Shown here: positions 1 to 31,800 of the stretch, one piece after another
How positions within the stretch are numbered: position 1 is the first letter of the stretch
Layout of the letters: each line of letters begins with the position of its first letter
Source: Tubiluchus corallicola
Lineage: Eukaryota; Animalia; Priapulida
Direction: 5' to 3'
DNA: 64,000 bases
Assembly: GCA_030141605.1 (NCBI GenBank)
Contig: JAQGDQ010000220.1
Coordinates: 287,786 to 351,785 of the forward strand
Position numbers and translations under genes: made by a program
The notes under the pieces: model-generated
The model's database searches: none
What the model was told of the DNA's origin: nothing
The model's input: the letters and a program-made list of their open reading frames with translations, nothing else

Positions 1-486
1 AATATAACAGATTTAACAATCTCCCTTTTGAATTTTGTGTAAAAATATCAAAATATTAACCGCATACATTTTAGTTAAATAGATTTCTATTGCATCTGTT
101 TTCTTTTTGTTTACCTTGTTATAAGAGTTCAATTTGTGCGTGATTAAGCAGAAGGGTTAAAATCTAGCATGTGCCAGCGAGAACGTCATTAACACGGTGA
201 TGTACTCGCAGTGAAAACTTTGTGATTAGCTATTTAAATGCTTCTTAGACAACCAGGTTAACTGCACTGTAAACATCGTGTATTTACAATTTTGTGTAAG
301 TGGGGCATTGCTAGCTGCGTACATCAATTCAGAAAAGATTTAAGACTTTGTTAATACGGACATGTAGTAAACACAGCAAGTTTACCAGTCAAGAAAACCG
401 GTGTGCAGGGATTTTTGCCTGTTTTCGGGCAGATTTACTGGAATTTGACTTTGCTATTCAGTAAGCACTTCCACTAAAATAGTTAC

Positions 487-1164
487 CTCTTCTTGAAATG
501 AAGATGCTGTCCAAACTGTATCAAGCCAATGTATTTTAATTCCTCGAGTTCGATACTCTTCAAACACAAGTTTAGGCATCAATATCTCAGCAGGAGTTTT
601 GTTTTTAGTTTCCCCAAACAACAGTACTAATTGTTCATAAGTTCTCGGTACAGGTAAACAAACAAAGACATGATCGTCTGGTACATGTTTTCCTATTTCA
701 CTATTTAGAAAGCAGTTGGAAAAAGTTGTTTGGTTGCTACGAACTGGGGACTGAATCATCATAGCATCCCATTGAAAGTCAAGCAGTACTTCACGAAAGG
801 CACAACGAAGAACAGATTTAAAATTTTTCTGTTCTGCAGTTCTGTCATTATTCTGACTTCTTGATAATAAATATTTGATTAGTAATTCGTGAAACTCGTT
901 AAAGTTATGCGCAGAAAATTCACAAAACCTAGAAAGTCTAGTCTTTTTACATTTTTGGATTAAGCTCATGTCAGAAGACAGAATTTTAAAACCCCAGCGA
1001 ACGTGCGCAGAACCACTGTGCACGCGAAAACTCCTTAAACAAAGCAAACATTTTAAAGTATAAAAAGACAGGACGTTTTTAATAACACATCTATCACTAT
1101 CACAAATTTCTGTCCACTCTGAAAAATCGGGTATAATCAGCACGACCTGCGTGATTGCAGACAT
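487..1164 (-). CDS. TICRR: Treslin/TICRR, first coding exon (N-terminal vWA/CIT-like domain); gene continues off the left edge
   Basis: The translation from ATG 1164 has blocks matching the Treslin N-terminus as I recall it: VRWGFKIL (human VHWAFKFF), LLDFQWDAMMIQSPVR (LLDYQWDRPEITSPTK), VFVCLPVP (VFLLAPCP) and LMPKLVFEEYRTRGIKIHWLDT ([22 protein letters not shown]). Probable donor GAG|GTAACT at 487/486. Confidence 0.85.
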
Positions 1165-1194
1165 CCTTTTATAGAGCTCATACAAATCAGATGA

Positions 1195-1270
1195 TTCCGC
1201 GCCAAGTTCTCATTAATTCTTCAAAATTAAACACAAACGTTTTTACTTAACCTTATTAACTTTACCGCCA
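1195..1270 (-). promoter_or_regulatory. Candidate E2F and CHR cell-cycle elements upstream of TICRR
   Basis: On the minus strand: TTGGCGCGGAA (1195-1205), TTTGAA (1220-1225) and TGGCGGTAAA (1261-1270), all within about 110 nt of the ATG. Confidence 0.45.
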
Positions 1271-1510
1271 TGAACAAACTATCCCAACAGCCGATAAGGC
1301 TTCGTGACATAAAAGACCGATAAATATCTCATTTCATTTCTTGTTTATTGCAAGAACATTTTATTGAATGCGCACTCACTCAACTAGTGGTGGCAGTTCA
1401 ACGCTCATGCAGATCAATTTCGAGCATACTGGATAGCAGTAACTTGTGTTGGCTGTCACTGCAAAATTTAGCCGAACAAGATTTGAATACATTTGTCGAT
1501 GGAGCCTTAA

Positions 1511-1940
1511 CTAGCAGGGGTAAGCATCGTTTGGTGAAATTCGAACGTTCGAATTCGATTCGAACGAGTTTTTTTTAGTTCGAACTCGACTCGAACCTAA
1601 AATTATAAATTCTAATAATTCAGCACTTCAGCCACGTACGTTCCTTATCATTAGAACTTTTGTAACTTCATGTAATTAGCACAACTTACCTGTAATTTCT
1701 GTGCACAATTTTTAAATAAATTATTAGTGGTTTTGCTGCAGAACAAAATCGAATAATATGCATAATCTCTGAAGACTGCTTTTTACTGGTATTTCGAGAA
1801 CTTCTTCAAAAATCTTTCAAACAGGATCTGAATTCGATTCGAATTCGAAATCCTGAAATTTGGATCGGTTCGAATTCAAAGGTCACAAATTCGTTTCGAT
1901 TTGAATTCGCTTTCTGGTAAAGAATGCTCGGCCATATTAG
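1511..1940. mobile_element. Non-autonomous DNA element with TTCGAA-rich subterminal repeats (hAT-like MITE)
   Basis: Clustered GAATTCGA/TTCGAA motifs at both ends. The internal sequence recurs in the copy at about 35612-36506. Confidence 0.55.
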
Positions 1941-2580
1941 CTAGCTCTGGTGGGAGATTGACCATCATTACCAACTCTATTTTTGTATAATTTTAGTTGT
2001 ATAGCAGTGCTAGCTCTTTGTTTTTCAGTTTTTTCACCGTGGCACTAGATTCCTGGCAACTATTAGTTTCTCATTAGGTATTAATGGCACTTTTTTACTG
2101 GATTTGTCAATGTCGTCTAGAAATTGATATGTCTGCAGTAGGTCTGTTCCTTTCCTCCCAAATTCTACGGATATTAAGTGCTCACTTAGTACACAATGAA
2201 CTGACACAATCCAATTAAAGTATCAGTACTGTACGTGCTTTAATATTGTACAGTTCATTTTTAGACATTGGTAATACATTAAAGTACCAAATGAAAATTA
2301 ACAAGAGAATTAACAATGAAAATTACATCTGCATAATATGACATTCATCAGTGCATAATGCACTGCAAAAAAGACAAATGTGCCAGTTGCAGAACTATTG
2401 CTACAAACACAGTGAACATTGACATTTGCAACATACAGATATTAAATAGATCATTTCATATTTACAATATATACGCTCATTTACGTTAAAATATTTTGAT
2501 TTTACAAGATTATGGGCGGGGAAAAATGTAATTACTCTGCATATGAATATTGTCGTTTTGGTATACAGGACATCCAAAAT

Positions 2581-3300
2581 CTAGTTAAAACGTTTTTTAA
2601 ATTTTGTTTTAACTTTAGATAAAGTTGTTGAAGCTTTAACTTCCTTTGGTAAAGTATTCCATAATGAGATAGCTTGCTTTGATAAGGAATTATTTACGTA
2701 TATGTTGTTAGTTCTAATTTGCAATAGATTAGCAATATTATAGTTTAGTGTTGGATTGCGAAGAAGTTGCAATTCACTATTCCTGAAAGGCATATTAAAT
2801 TTCATTTTTTTATGTATTCATATAGAAATATTAGTGCTTGGTAATCACGGTTGGCTTCTTATATTGGAATTCTCACTTGTTGTCTTAATACAGTTGCCGA
2901 AAATCTTGTTGTACTTGGTGATTTAATGCATACATAGATATTATCCACATAATTTTGCAAAAGATTTAATTTAATAAATTGCTCCCTTTTTGTATTATGA
3001 AATAATTTGCAACCATATAGATAATGAGGAAGTCAGTATCATACTGCAAATCAGTTTCATACTAAGAAAGTTTTTTTCTTTCTATTCATTTAGCGAGAAC
3101 CAAGTTTTTCCTTTCTCTTTTTATTCATTTTTTTGTGTTTAACTTTTGTCTAAGTTTGCAGAAAACTATCTTTTATTTGTTGTATAAATACCAAATAATT
3201 TGGGAAAAGTAATGGATTTGTTAATGTGTAAGAGCGTGCAAGCCTTATTAGCGGTTATAGTGTAACATTTATGGTTGGTATAGTCGCAAAAATGGTGTCC
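2581..3300 (-). mobile_element. Decayed LINE (CR1/L2-like) ORF2 3' fragment
   Basis: The minus-strand peptide ends SLWNTLPKEVKASTTLSKVKTKFKK, the usual WNxLP...FK tail of CR1/L2 ORF2. It is interrupted upstream. Confidence 0.6.
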
Positions 3301-4362
3301 AAGTATGTATTTCTAGGATAAGAAAATAAATGTAAAAATCTTGTCAGAATATGTAACCAAGACTGTGCACCCGTCAAGTTCATAATCTTAGGGTAGGTCG
3401 AGACTTACACCGATCCATTCAGAAAGGAGCACATTTAGAAATTAAAAAAACTGACGTATCATCAAGCAACTGCTAAAGTAATTATTCTGCCTTTAAACGC
3501 TTAAAATTGGGAATCAGTGGTCTATTAGCGTGCAAATGATTTACAACACAATTTCTACTAACACAGTATTATCTCAGTTCGACAGAATACAATTAGTTCC
3601 TAATCTTGACATCAAGGCAGGTGCCTTTTACTTTACAATCTGAGCTAAGAGTGACAAAGTTCATTGTCCTTCACTTGAGAAAGAGTTATAGGCACCTCGC
3701 TAATAGTCTTGCATGCCACTGGTACAATTAAAGTCGCATATTGCCTCTCTTTATGGGTTTTGAATTATACCCACTCCTCGTGTAAATTATCAGTTTCTCT
3801 GTCTCAGCAACAACATTTTAGCCAAATACAGTCAGGTTTTTGTAACAGACCTAGACGTTGACGATCCGGTTTTATTGAGTAAACATATTTTGGATGCTTC
3901 CTAGCTTTCTCTATATTATTTCTTTTCCTCTGACTGAATAGATTAACTCACTGCACGGTGTGCTAATGCTTTGAAAGTGAAAACGAAATGTTCGTTAATA
4001 GTTTGTCGTCTCAGAAACCGAAATTTTGTTAGCGAAAATCCCTAATTATAACATATAAGTTTTGTGATAATAAAGGCCACAACGGTTCTGTTTGATTTTG
4101 AAGCATTGTTTCCCAAGATCTCTTACTGATGAACGCGCGAACTTGAGAACTCGACGATCATGTTTCAGTGTTTTGGTGCAGTTATTCTACATTACGAACA
4201 TGAGAGTTTATGCATTGTTTTGGATGGTAGCAATGACAGCCAGTATAGTTGAAACTTAAAAAAATAATGATAACTTAAGGTGAGCAAAATGTACCTACGC
4301 TAATTTGCCAAAGAGTATAAGTTCAACGCTGTGAATAGAACAAATTTAGATCTGAAGTTAAC

Positions 4363-22103
<17,741 letters not shown>

Positions 22104-22693
22104 TGAAGGCAAATGTGAAAGACTGAAAGTTCAATGTGAAAACGTAGTAATGCAACAGTGTATACAGCATCAAAGATAGCTTTGTTAAAACAACTAAAAA
22201 GTTCTAACACTAAAAAGGTAGTTAGCCAGCTCACACAGGTGGATACCATATCACACCATGGAAAGGATGGACAGTGAAGGAGTGTAAGAGGATCATGTGT
22301 AGATACCTCTTTTAAGGCCATTTCAAGATCATGTCATGCAATTTTGAATCTCATATATAGGATATATATAGAAAGAAATGAATGCAAAATATTTTTGTAC
22401 AAAAATAAACATGTACAGATTTTATTTTATTAAAACCCAATGTTTTCAGTTTTTCTTCTCATGTAATACACACGAGATATGTACACCTACATGCTGTCAG
22501 TTAAGTATCTGAAAATATTTTTGAATTAATTTCAATTTCTCAAAATATCTGCTTGTTTTTGTTTAAGTTAGGTGTCTGTTTATAATGTATAAAAGAATAA
22601 TGGACCATGGTAAATATTTTTTAAAAAAAGAAAATTGTGCAACAGTAATAATTATAATGTCTACAGAACATTAAACATTGAAGATAAGCCTAA

Positions 22694-22961
22694 CAGCGCA
22701 TTCAGACTAGCAAGTTTTCTCGCCAAATTAAGTAACTTTCAAGCATGTTGAGACTACAGAGCAAACTTGCTGTTAGTTACTCTGTGACAGTAAGCACGAG
22801 TTAACACTCACTACTTTATTCACTGCGAGAAGTATAGGGAGAAACATGCTGAGGTGTTCACACTAGACAGTAAATCACTCGCAGTAACTATTAGACAGTT
22901 TGCAATAACTTGCTGACAGTAACTCGCAAAGCAGTTCACACTTGCGAGTCTAAACATGCTG
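22694..22961. mobile_element. PIF/Harbinger-type MITE
   Basis: TIR CAGCGCATTCAGACT...AGTCTAAACATGCTG flanked by TAA/TAA. Relatives at about 41366-41495 and 45493-45801. Confidence 0.75.
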
Positions 22962-23591
22962 TAATGGTTCAAGTTCTTTTAGCTAACCTTGACAACACGA
23001 ACTTTGAATGGGAAAGAAATCAGTTCCTGTTAAATTAAAAAAATGACAGAAATCTCAAAATAGTTTCGTTGTTCTGAAAATCACAGCACTTGCATTCAAC
23101 CTTTGGTATCTAAATCATACATATAATACTACATTGAGAGAATTCAAATGGCAAACCCCAAGTAATATATTAAAAAGACAAAAAGATGATGGTATAAAAT
23201 TCAACAATGCATTCATTTACATAAACAATGTTTCACAATATTTGGTATTTTACATTATTACAGAAACCTACTGAATTCTATCGCAATGGTAGCATTTAAA
23301 ACTAGATTTCTAGGTGAAAATCGTTTTTGTTACACCAATCATATTTCAGCAATTAGCATCCGACTGAGCGAATGTATTGGACTAATACTTTTCCACAATT
23401 TCACATTGTCAGCCAACAGTTAATGCTGATTTTACCAGTAAGGAATTCACACTGTCACATTTTATTCAACTATATGACTTGCTGTCTATGGAAGAAGTTG
23501 ACAGTTGCTTGCTGATATTGGAAGAAAAACACAAAGGTCTTTGTCAAACTTTGCACTCCATAGACTTTAACGTTAGACATTTTGTTTAAAT

Positions 23592-24868
23592 TTAAAGGAA
23601 AACCAGATGATTGATTGGACTCAATCTCGTTTTAATTTACAGTCCAAAATATATATTTTCTTGCCTAAAACAGTTAGCAAATGTTTCTTATATTTGAATA
23701 ATTAGCTTGAAAAGTTTATTAACGGCAACCAAACACAACTATCGCTTATGTACGTACATTTCCTTCTAGCGATATTCCACTTAAGATAATCACTGGTAGT
23801 TGTATTTCAACAGGTATTTTTCATAAAGTTGATAATTTCTCCCTTCTTGTCATTACGTATACTTTTTCTTCTAGCAATATTCCACTTAAGATAGGTTATA
23901 ATGTGTTTTCTGGTCATTTACTTAGGTATGCCAGGTTTATGTTCAAGTAAGGAAGAATTTTTGGTTAGATCAGCTAAGTTGTATGAAATTATGTCAAATA
24001 GCGGTTACTCTATGACGAGTCGTCGTCAATCTTGTGAAAACGTTTTTCAAGTTGCCATTTTCTTTTATTTAAGTTTGGTTGGTATTCGGTTAAGCAAGTG
24101 GCCACTGCCTTGACGTGATTTTGGTTATGAGAAACTTGTCTAGCCTTTTGTCGCTTTGTGGTCATGTTGTAGGGATCCCTTCTCTTGTTTGTCATTGATG
24201 CAGTTGGTTTACGTTGATGTTCTGTGTGTGCTTTGTATTATGTTATGACTGTAGTTATTACTGTAACACCTAAGTCTGGGCAGTAAATGTGATTGGGACC
24301 CTGCCGGGAGAGTTTAAAGACAGTGACTAGGGACTGAAATTTGAATTTTTCCCGGGGACTCACCCCTTTCCTTTGGTGGTAATTTTGTATGTGTGTGCCA
24401 TTGTAGATTGTATGGTTTGTCTTTTTTTGTTGTTTGTGTGTGGTGCTGATGTCATTTGAGTTTAATAACGTCATAAACTAAACACAGTTTGTGCAATGGT
24501 AGGCATCTTTCCTGCATGTCAACCATGTTTGTGTAAGCAAGATTGCTATAAGATGTGATGTGACATCACGAAATTGAGCTCTATGTGACACTGACATTGC
24601 AAACGAAAACACTGCAATTCATGATCATGTTTATCACAGTACTGCTCCTATTTGTTGGCCACGCGAATGTGACAAAAAGGTGCTATTGCCAGCCTTAGTG
24701 GATTCGCTGAATTGAGCATAGCTTTGAAAGTTTAGCAAAATTTAACTATCCGAGATAATTATTACTTAATCTAAACTTTGATTTAAAAAACGCTATTGTA
24801 GTTTTCAATATTTTAGAGGATGCTTTACTTTGAACTAATGTCTATGCTATTGTTTGGTTTTCCTTTAA
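23592..24868. mobile_element. TTAA-bounded (Kolobok-like) MITE carrying an internal insertion
   Basis: Ends are TTAAAGGAAAACCA...TGGTTTTCCTTTAA. An uninterrupted copy of about 550 bp lies at 34049-34598. Confidence 0.75.
23750..24468 (+). mobile_element. Penelope-like retroelement fragment (RT C-terminal region)
   Basis: Reads IFHKVDNFSLLVITYTFSSSNIPLKIGYNVFSGHLLRYAR, then a frameshift, then LCSSKEEFLVRSAKLYEIMSNSGYS. This resembles the LYDKRDDF..SNIP..YGVYISQLIRYARAC..GY pattern of Penelope-type RTs. Confidence 0.6.
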
Positions 24869-24939
24869 CGTTAAACATTTTGTTTAAATTTAACATATCA
24901 CAGATATGAAAGTATATGTATATTATCAATGTACAGCTT

Positions 24940-25150
24940 TAAAAAAATAAACATCTTTCTTGCATGGTAATTAACAACAAATGTTTTTAATGTATTTACA
25001 AGTCTAAAAACGTTTTTCATCTCTCTTTCTTCAGAAAACACATCAGAAAATAATTAGTTGCAGGGTCAACAGAAGAAAAACGTTTCTAGACTTGTAAATA
25101 CACCAATAAACATTTGTTGGTAATTGCCGTACAAGAGAGATGTTTGTTAA
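24940..25150. repeat. Long imperfect inverted repeat (hairpin MITE-like)
   Basis: TGTATTTACAAGTCTAAAAACGTTTTTC pairs with GAAAAACGTTTCTAGACTTGTAAATACA. The arms extend about 70 bp. Confidence 0.75.
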
Positions 25151-25808
25151 AGTTCTACCGAAATTTTGTACCCAAAAGAACTTGTTCATTACCAATGTAC
25201 GCTTAAGAAAGAAAAGCAACTGAATTTAAACTATTTTACTTCAGAAAAATTCATTAGAACTGCGACAAATTCATTTGCGTGCAGCATAATAACAGGGCAT
25301 AAATGTAAAAATAAATGTTAAACATAAAAATATTGATAAAAATGCAACCCGTTACTCTTCTAAATGTATTTTTAACAACCATCTTTTGATTGAGAATCCA
25401 GAACTTTATCGTTAATCAGTTTTTTCTCCTCTTAATAAAACTAAATGAGTAAAGACTCAAAGGACTTTTAGTTCACCTTACTACAGTCTCCTATTTATCC
25501 CACAGATGGAAGATGGATGCGTAGCAGAAAGTCAACTAAGGCACCTCTGTTGGTTCACTGCCTCATCTTGACCCGCCATCACTCATCTTATAATAAGCTT
25601 TGTTTCACTCTATCACAACATAAAAGTGTGCCATCGAATGCCAGATGTTGGCTTGCAATGTTTCAGCTTGTACAAACAAGACATTTTATAGTAGTAGATT
25701 AAAAGTACCGAATCCTTATGTGATGTCGCTCATGTGAGGAAACATTTTTTGTCTCCCTTTCATTAACAATGGAAAGACAATAACGGCATATACCTTAACC
25801 TGTTAATG

Positions 25809-28800
25809 TTAACTTATCCCCGATTCGCTACCCACTCCCGAAGCCACCCCCTCAGACATCGTGTTAAGCTTTTCCATAGAATCGCTCCACTCCACACTGG
25901 ATATGGTGGCTTGGCTAGCGGAGGAAATGGCATTGATCGCAGTAGTTGATTCACTTGTCGATGCGGCTGCTAGTTCATCTGCTTCCTCACGAAGTGCTTC
26001 AGCTTTTTCATTAACAAGTGCCTAAGCAAAGAGCAAAACTTACCAAATATAGAAACTGGAAATTGTTTAAATATAAAAGTTTGTCAAACTTTCTCTATAA
26101 TTGGTGGCACTACCCAAGCCCACTGCCACTCTGTAAAAGGGCTAATGTTTGTATATTTGAATAATAACAGCTTCCAAATTCTAAATTTCACTGCACTGAG
26201 AAGAGAAGGATCATCTATGCTTAGACATAGCAGGTCTTCATGTAATGAAAGATGAGAAAAGTCCATGAATTCATCTATGGTTACCATTCAGCAACTGACC
26301 AGAGCTAAAGATACTAAACATTGACAATCTTTACCTGGAACTAAACTGCTAGGAGACAAACATTTTTTAGTTTATTTTTTTAATTAATCAGTGTTTAATC
26401 ACTTCACTGTCTCTATGACAAGAATATCCCGCCATGAAAATACTATTCTGGCTGGCCATTATGAAGAGACTGTACCGTCAAGCTTAACATGCAAATTAAC
26501 TGATGTGTACACGTGTAGCAATGATGCCTGGCATCTTGAATCAGCTAACGAAAATAAACAGTGGTGCTGTCCTCTGATGGCCACAAGCATAGGCCACAAA
26601 ATGTTTATAGCCATGACGTGTGCAGAACTCTTAGAAAAGACTGCTGTTATTACTGAGCTGCAGTCTGCTGTGTTGTAGCTTTTGTTTTTTTATCCTACAT
26701 TTCCCAAAATGCTTTCAATTATAGCACATAAAGCAAAACTAATTTTAAAGTGGTGAAGCTGGTGTTGATGAACATGGTGGAACTCGTGAGGGTGGTGGAG
26801 AGCAGCTGCGGCAGCAGCAGTAGAAATTATTGGGGGTGTCAACAGCTAGGGAATGGTAATGATAGGTCAGACACCAAGACTGATGGTGAAGTAGCAAAAT
26901 TTGTAATCTGTAGCAATGATAAGTTTCCTTTTCTTAAAATATTCCCCTACTCCAGTTACAAACTGTGCGGCAGAGAAGTGTTTATATATCAAAGTGACAG
27001 TGAAAATTGTACATGTTTAAGCATTATTAGAATGTTAACACATAATGCAGTGTGAGTTTATCTTGCTAGGGACATACTGAAATTTTCCTGCAAATTTACA
27101 AGATTGTAACTGTATCTGCCAAAGACCAGTTAAGGAAATATAGGAAATTTATAGGAAAATAGGTAGAACAGGTACAATATTATAAGCATTTCACTTTCAG
27201 AATTTAAAATTTTCATTGTGATATTAAGACAAAATGCGCGGTGAGAAACTGCAAAGCTTGGAAACAGATGATAAAGTAACATTCACTGAAATTATCAAAT
27301 CAGAATTAACGGAACGGCTTTGATTTGATGGAGGTTGTATTAGATGGTGGACATTCAACATTTCCGTGTTTGAAGCTCTCACCTTTGCTGCAGCTACAAT
27401 CTCTCTGGCAACCCGTTTCGGCAGGTGAACGATCTTAGATGAAAGCTCCATTGGATCAGCATGAGCAACTTGAGGCAACATCTTATATCCAGCCTTGAAC
27501 AATTGCTTCGCACGACCCTAGAAAATAAAAATCAATAAATAATAAAGCCACTTTTTACCACAATCTGAAAAAAAATTCTTTGAAGTGTAAAAATCGAAAC
27601 TGCAGCTCCATTAATTTATCTCTTCGTGCACACTCCATTGTCTTCCGAGACAGAAGGATGCCAACAACAACTGTGAGTACTGTTGACACGCTTATAAAAA
27701 AAACTATTGCTCACAGAAGACATAAAAATCAAAAGCGGGATTAATGGGATCTAAAACATGGTTGCTATTGATAATCATTAAAGGAAGTCAAGCCTTCTGG
27801 GAAGTCAGTTAGGCTTTCAATGTGTGCAAAAAATATTAAAAGGACTTAGTAATAAAAGTATTATAAGCACCTTATTTCATTAGTTCAATCATCTTAAATT
27901 CACGATCATTTAAGGCTTGGGCGCTTCCACTTTGAATGCCCGTTCTTCCACCAGTGATGGACGTCATTCATTGACTTAACAAGTTTTTACAAAAAATTAG
28001 AAAGCTAATTTGGTCAAATTTTTGCATGAACATTAGGTAAGCTGCAAAAGTTTGAATTAATTTAAGCAGCGCGTGCTTACAGAAAACCATGATGCACTTA
28101 TGAAACGTCATGATGTTTGCCAGTTACGTCAAAGTTTTCAAATGAATAGCAACTACCATGGTGCCTACAAATTTCTATACAGCAGTACTATAAACTAACC
28201 TTATGCTTTGTAGACAACTTTTCGAAAATTTCTTTGTTATATTTTTCTAAATTTTGGTGTTAGCAGTAAAATAAACCCAGCATGTTAAGTAACTTGTCCT
28301 TTCCTTAAATGTATGTGGTTTGCAGTGTTGTAAATCTCAGTTTGCACTTCTTCCTGATTTAACATCTGTATATATTATTTTTTTGTTCCATTCCAGCCTA
28401 ACATTTCAGTCTAGCTAAAAATTATCTAACACCTCAAAACCCCACCCCACCCCCAGCACCAACTAACAATGCAGTATTTTCTGCTGGTTTAGTGTTGGTA
28501 GTTGTCAAAAATACTACACCTGTTTTACTCCAGGAATGTCTAATAGGGGCTCCAACTCTGCTATTGCACAATACACAAAGCGTTTTAGAAAGTTTCCCAA
28601 TAAATCCTGGTAAGCCCAAAACTCTTCAAGTTCCTGCATTGAGAAAGATCAATTTATAAGATGCTTTTTTGATAAGAAATGGTGATCAGTGTGACCAAAT
28701 TAGTCACGAACGAAACATGCACGAAAAAATCAGTCAAACGTTTCACTTGTGAGCTTTAACATTTATAAAATGATGACAAAACAAGGGAAAAACTTACTTT

Positions 28801-31800
28801 GTAAAACTAACTCACAAAGATTCTATCATTTGTTTACCATGGCAAAGACTGCACCTTTGTTTTTGGAGTAATATGTGAGATTCTGTGTGAAAAATTTTTG
28901 GATACAAGAGATATTTGTTTTGTCATACAAGTTTTACACATAAAAGGTTTATTTGAACAATAACGACCAAAACAGGCAGAGAGGTCTTTCCTGAGCATGG
29001 CTGAATATGAGTCTGACATTTTACCAAATTGTGCAAAATACTGAAAACCCTTACAAGATTAACTCGAAAATTCAATTTTGAAAAATTTGTCTCATAAGTA
29101 GTATATTTGCTCAAGAATGACAAAATGTACTGATTCACAAGATTAACTATAAGTAGCAAGTGAGAGTTCCATACCTGACAAAAATAGTAAATGCAGGAGC
29201 CAAAAGATGAAGCCGAGGAGAAGAGATTCTGCAAGAAACCTCTGGTTTGGTTGAACGTCGCAGCTACTTCCCAGATGCACTGCTTTTTCCACAGAGCGTA
29301 CAGCATCAACGTAACATAGAACCGTTTCAAGACTTTTTCATTTTTGATCTAACAGAGGCACATGTGATGAGTGAGAATATAGTGCCGCCACTTTATTTAA
29401 TGTCCCTCAGTTCAACTTGTGAGAACAAGCACGCACTAGTCACAAGTGTGAGTGCAGTTTGGATATGACTGCCGATTCATGACAGAACAAATAAACCATT
29501 GAAAAAAATTGTAGGATTTTTGTAAATCTTGAGTTGTGAGTGACTGTTATAAAAATGTCAAAGAAATTACAAAAATGCAAAAAAGAGCACAGCATAATAG
29601 GAAGGTAACAAGTCACTAGCCAAACAACTATTTTCTCTATCAAGTCTGTTTGGAATTCATCACTGTTTCGTACCAAATACTTTCAAAACACCACCATTCA
29701 AAGAAAATTTAAACATTTTCTGGATTTTTATAAGTATAAGTTGACTTGATTTTAGTGCTATCAAGATTGTTAGATGCTCATATTGAAAAATTTAGCACAC
29801 ACTTCTCTAAATAAAGAAGCGATATTTGTCACAATCTCAAGTATTTATAATATAATCCGAATTACAGTTAAACTCCAGGAAAATACTGGCAGATATCTGT
29901 TACATGTTAAAGACATGCAACAGCTTAGCTTTACTGGCCACAGTTTGTGCTTACTAAAAATAAGAAACGGTGAGTACTTCTTAGTAAACTGATGTGTGGG
30001 GAGTGATAACAGTTGTCACCTGCCTTACTGCACCGGATCTTTATGTTATTGAAAAAAGATATACAAGCATGCGAATACAGTTAAGAAAGAAAAAACATTT
30101 TCTCCCAATTAGGGTTTTGTAAAAAATGAAATAATGGGTGACAGGCAACAGAATAAATATGGCTAATCTTTTCTGTACAATTTGGTGCACCGCATGCAGG
30201 CATGCACTCAAAGGTATGGACTACTGAAAGAGATGTTTATTTGTGCCCAGATCATAGCTCATTAACAAGGATATGCCCTCTAAGCCCGAGATGACCCACT
30301 GATCCGGTAGAGTTATTTCAGCTATAATTCGAAGATGTATATACATTCTCCCTCCAGAAGTTCAATACAACGTTCCTTTAAGAAGTTTCAGTTTTGCACA
30401 AAGACAGAAAAAATGTTCTAACTAAGATTTTAAGATACTTTTAACTTTTTCTTAGTGGTTTTAACTTTATATAAGAGGAAATCTGGTGTGAAGGTGTCAC
30501 TTCCGAAGAAAGTCTGGAACTTGATTTTGTGCGTTTTACTCATTAGATGATGCCAGCAAATATATATGCCCTAATTATGGCAGAGTTTGCGTTTAACTAT
30601 TGTGTCTGCATTGTTTACAAATTCAGCATAACAGAAACGCAGTATCCAAGGAAGCCATTGCTAGAACAATTGTTTAATCCGTGATTTTCTAAAGTTTCAT
30701 AGGCAAAATCCAATTAAATGTTTAGGGGAAAATGCAACTTCGAGGCCCAATTTCAGTAGGAAGGAAGTTATGAAATTTAGTAAAATTACCATCAAATTTT
30801 AAGTTACGGTTAGCTCTTTTAATTAAAGAAAATTTGTTTTTACATTAACTTTAACCTTTAAGCATTCTAGGTTTGTGCATGATACTGCCAAAGCCAAGTA
30901 TTGAACCCGCATCATCCACATGTAGCACGAAAACTCTACCGGGAGGCTGCACAACTCGTCACAAAGCAAATGAATCTATACGGAAAATCCAACTTACATT
31001 TTTGACATTCTGCCCCGATGCTTTCCGCGTAACGAAACTTTCAGACACACCAATTAACTCTGCTGCTTCCAACTCTTCTGGGGTCAGACAGGTTAGCTAA
31101 AAATAACCAAATTTACAGCTATTTTGAGATGTTTAAGTTTTGTGAATGTGTACTTGGTGGATAGTGTTACTTTTATCATTACTATTTACAATAACGACAT
31201 TCATTCAGAGTCGCCACTGTTGCCATTATCGTGTTACTCATCACAATTGTCATTGTTGTCATCATTCATTATTATTTTTATTCTTTGATGCGAGTCTTTC
31301 TTTCAAAAGCACACACGTTCAAACTTCTATGTGTAATACCAGAAAAAACATACATGGGACATTATTGACATTTCACAAACAATGCGTACGGTTAGAATAA
31401 TTCTTGTCAATAGTGTTTTGGGATAAATGTAATCATCTTGGCAGTCAACTTGAAATGAAATGCTTGTGCTAGCAAGAAAGTAATAAAGAATTCTTATGTG
31501 AAGCTGAATATCAGCCGGTTCAGCAAAAATAAGTTCCCGTAGCTAATGAATTGCATATGCCACAGCATCATTTCTCAGATGTGCTACATGCTTTTGGTCT
31601 AGCGTTACTTGAAGCGGAAAAAAAGACAATTTAAAGTACAGCAAGTTGACTAAGTTCTTGCTTTCGACTCCCCGATTAGCAACGGTTCGTTTTAACACAT
31701 TTGTCACTATTTTCTTACTTAAAGGCAGTAATTTTTTACTTAATTTTTTTAGTTTTCTCTGAGTTATTTTTATTTTATCAACAACATTTTTACTTACTTT

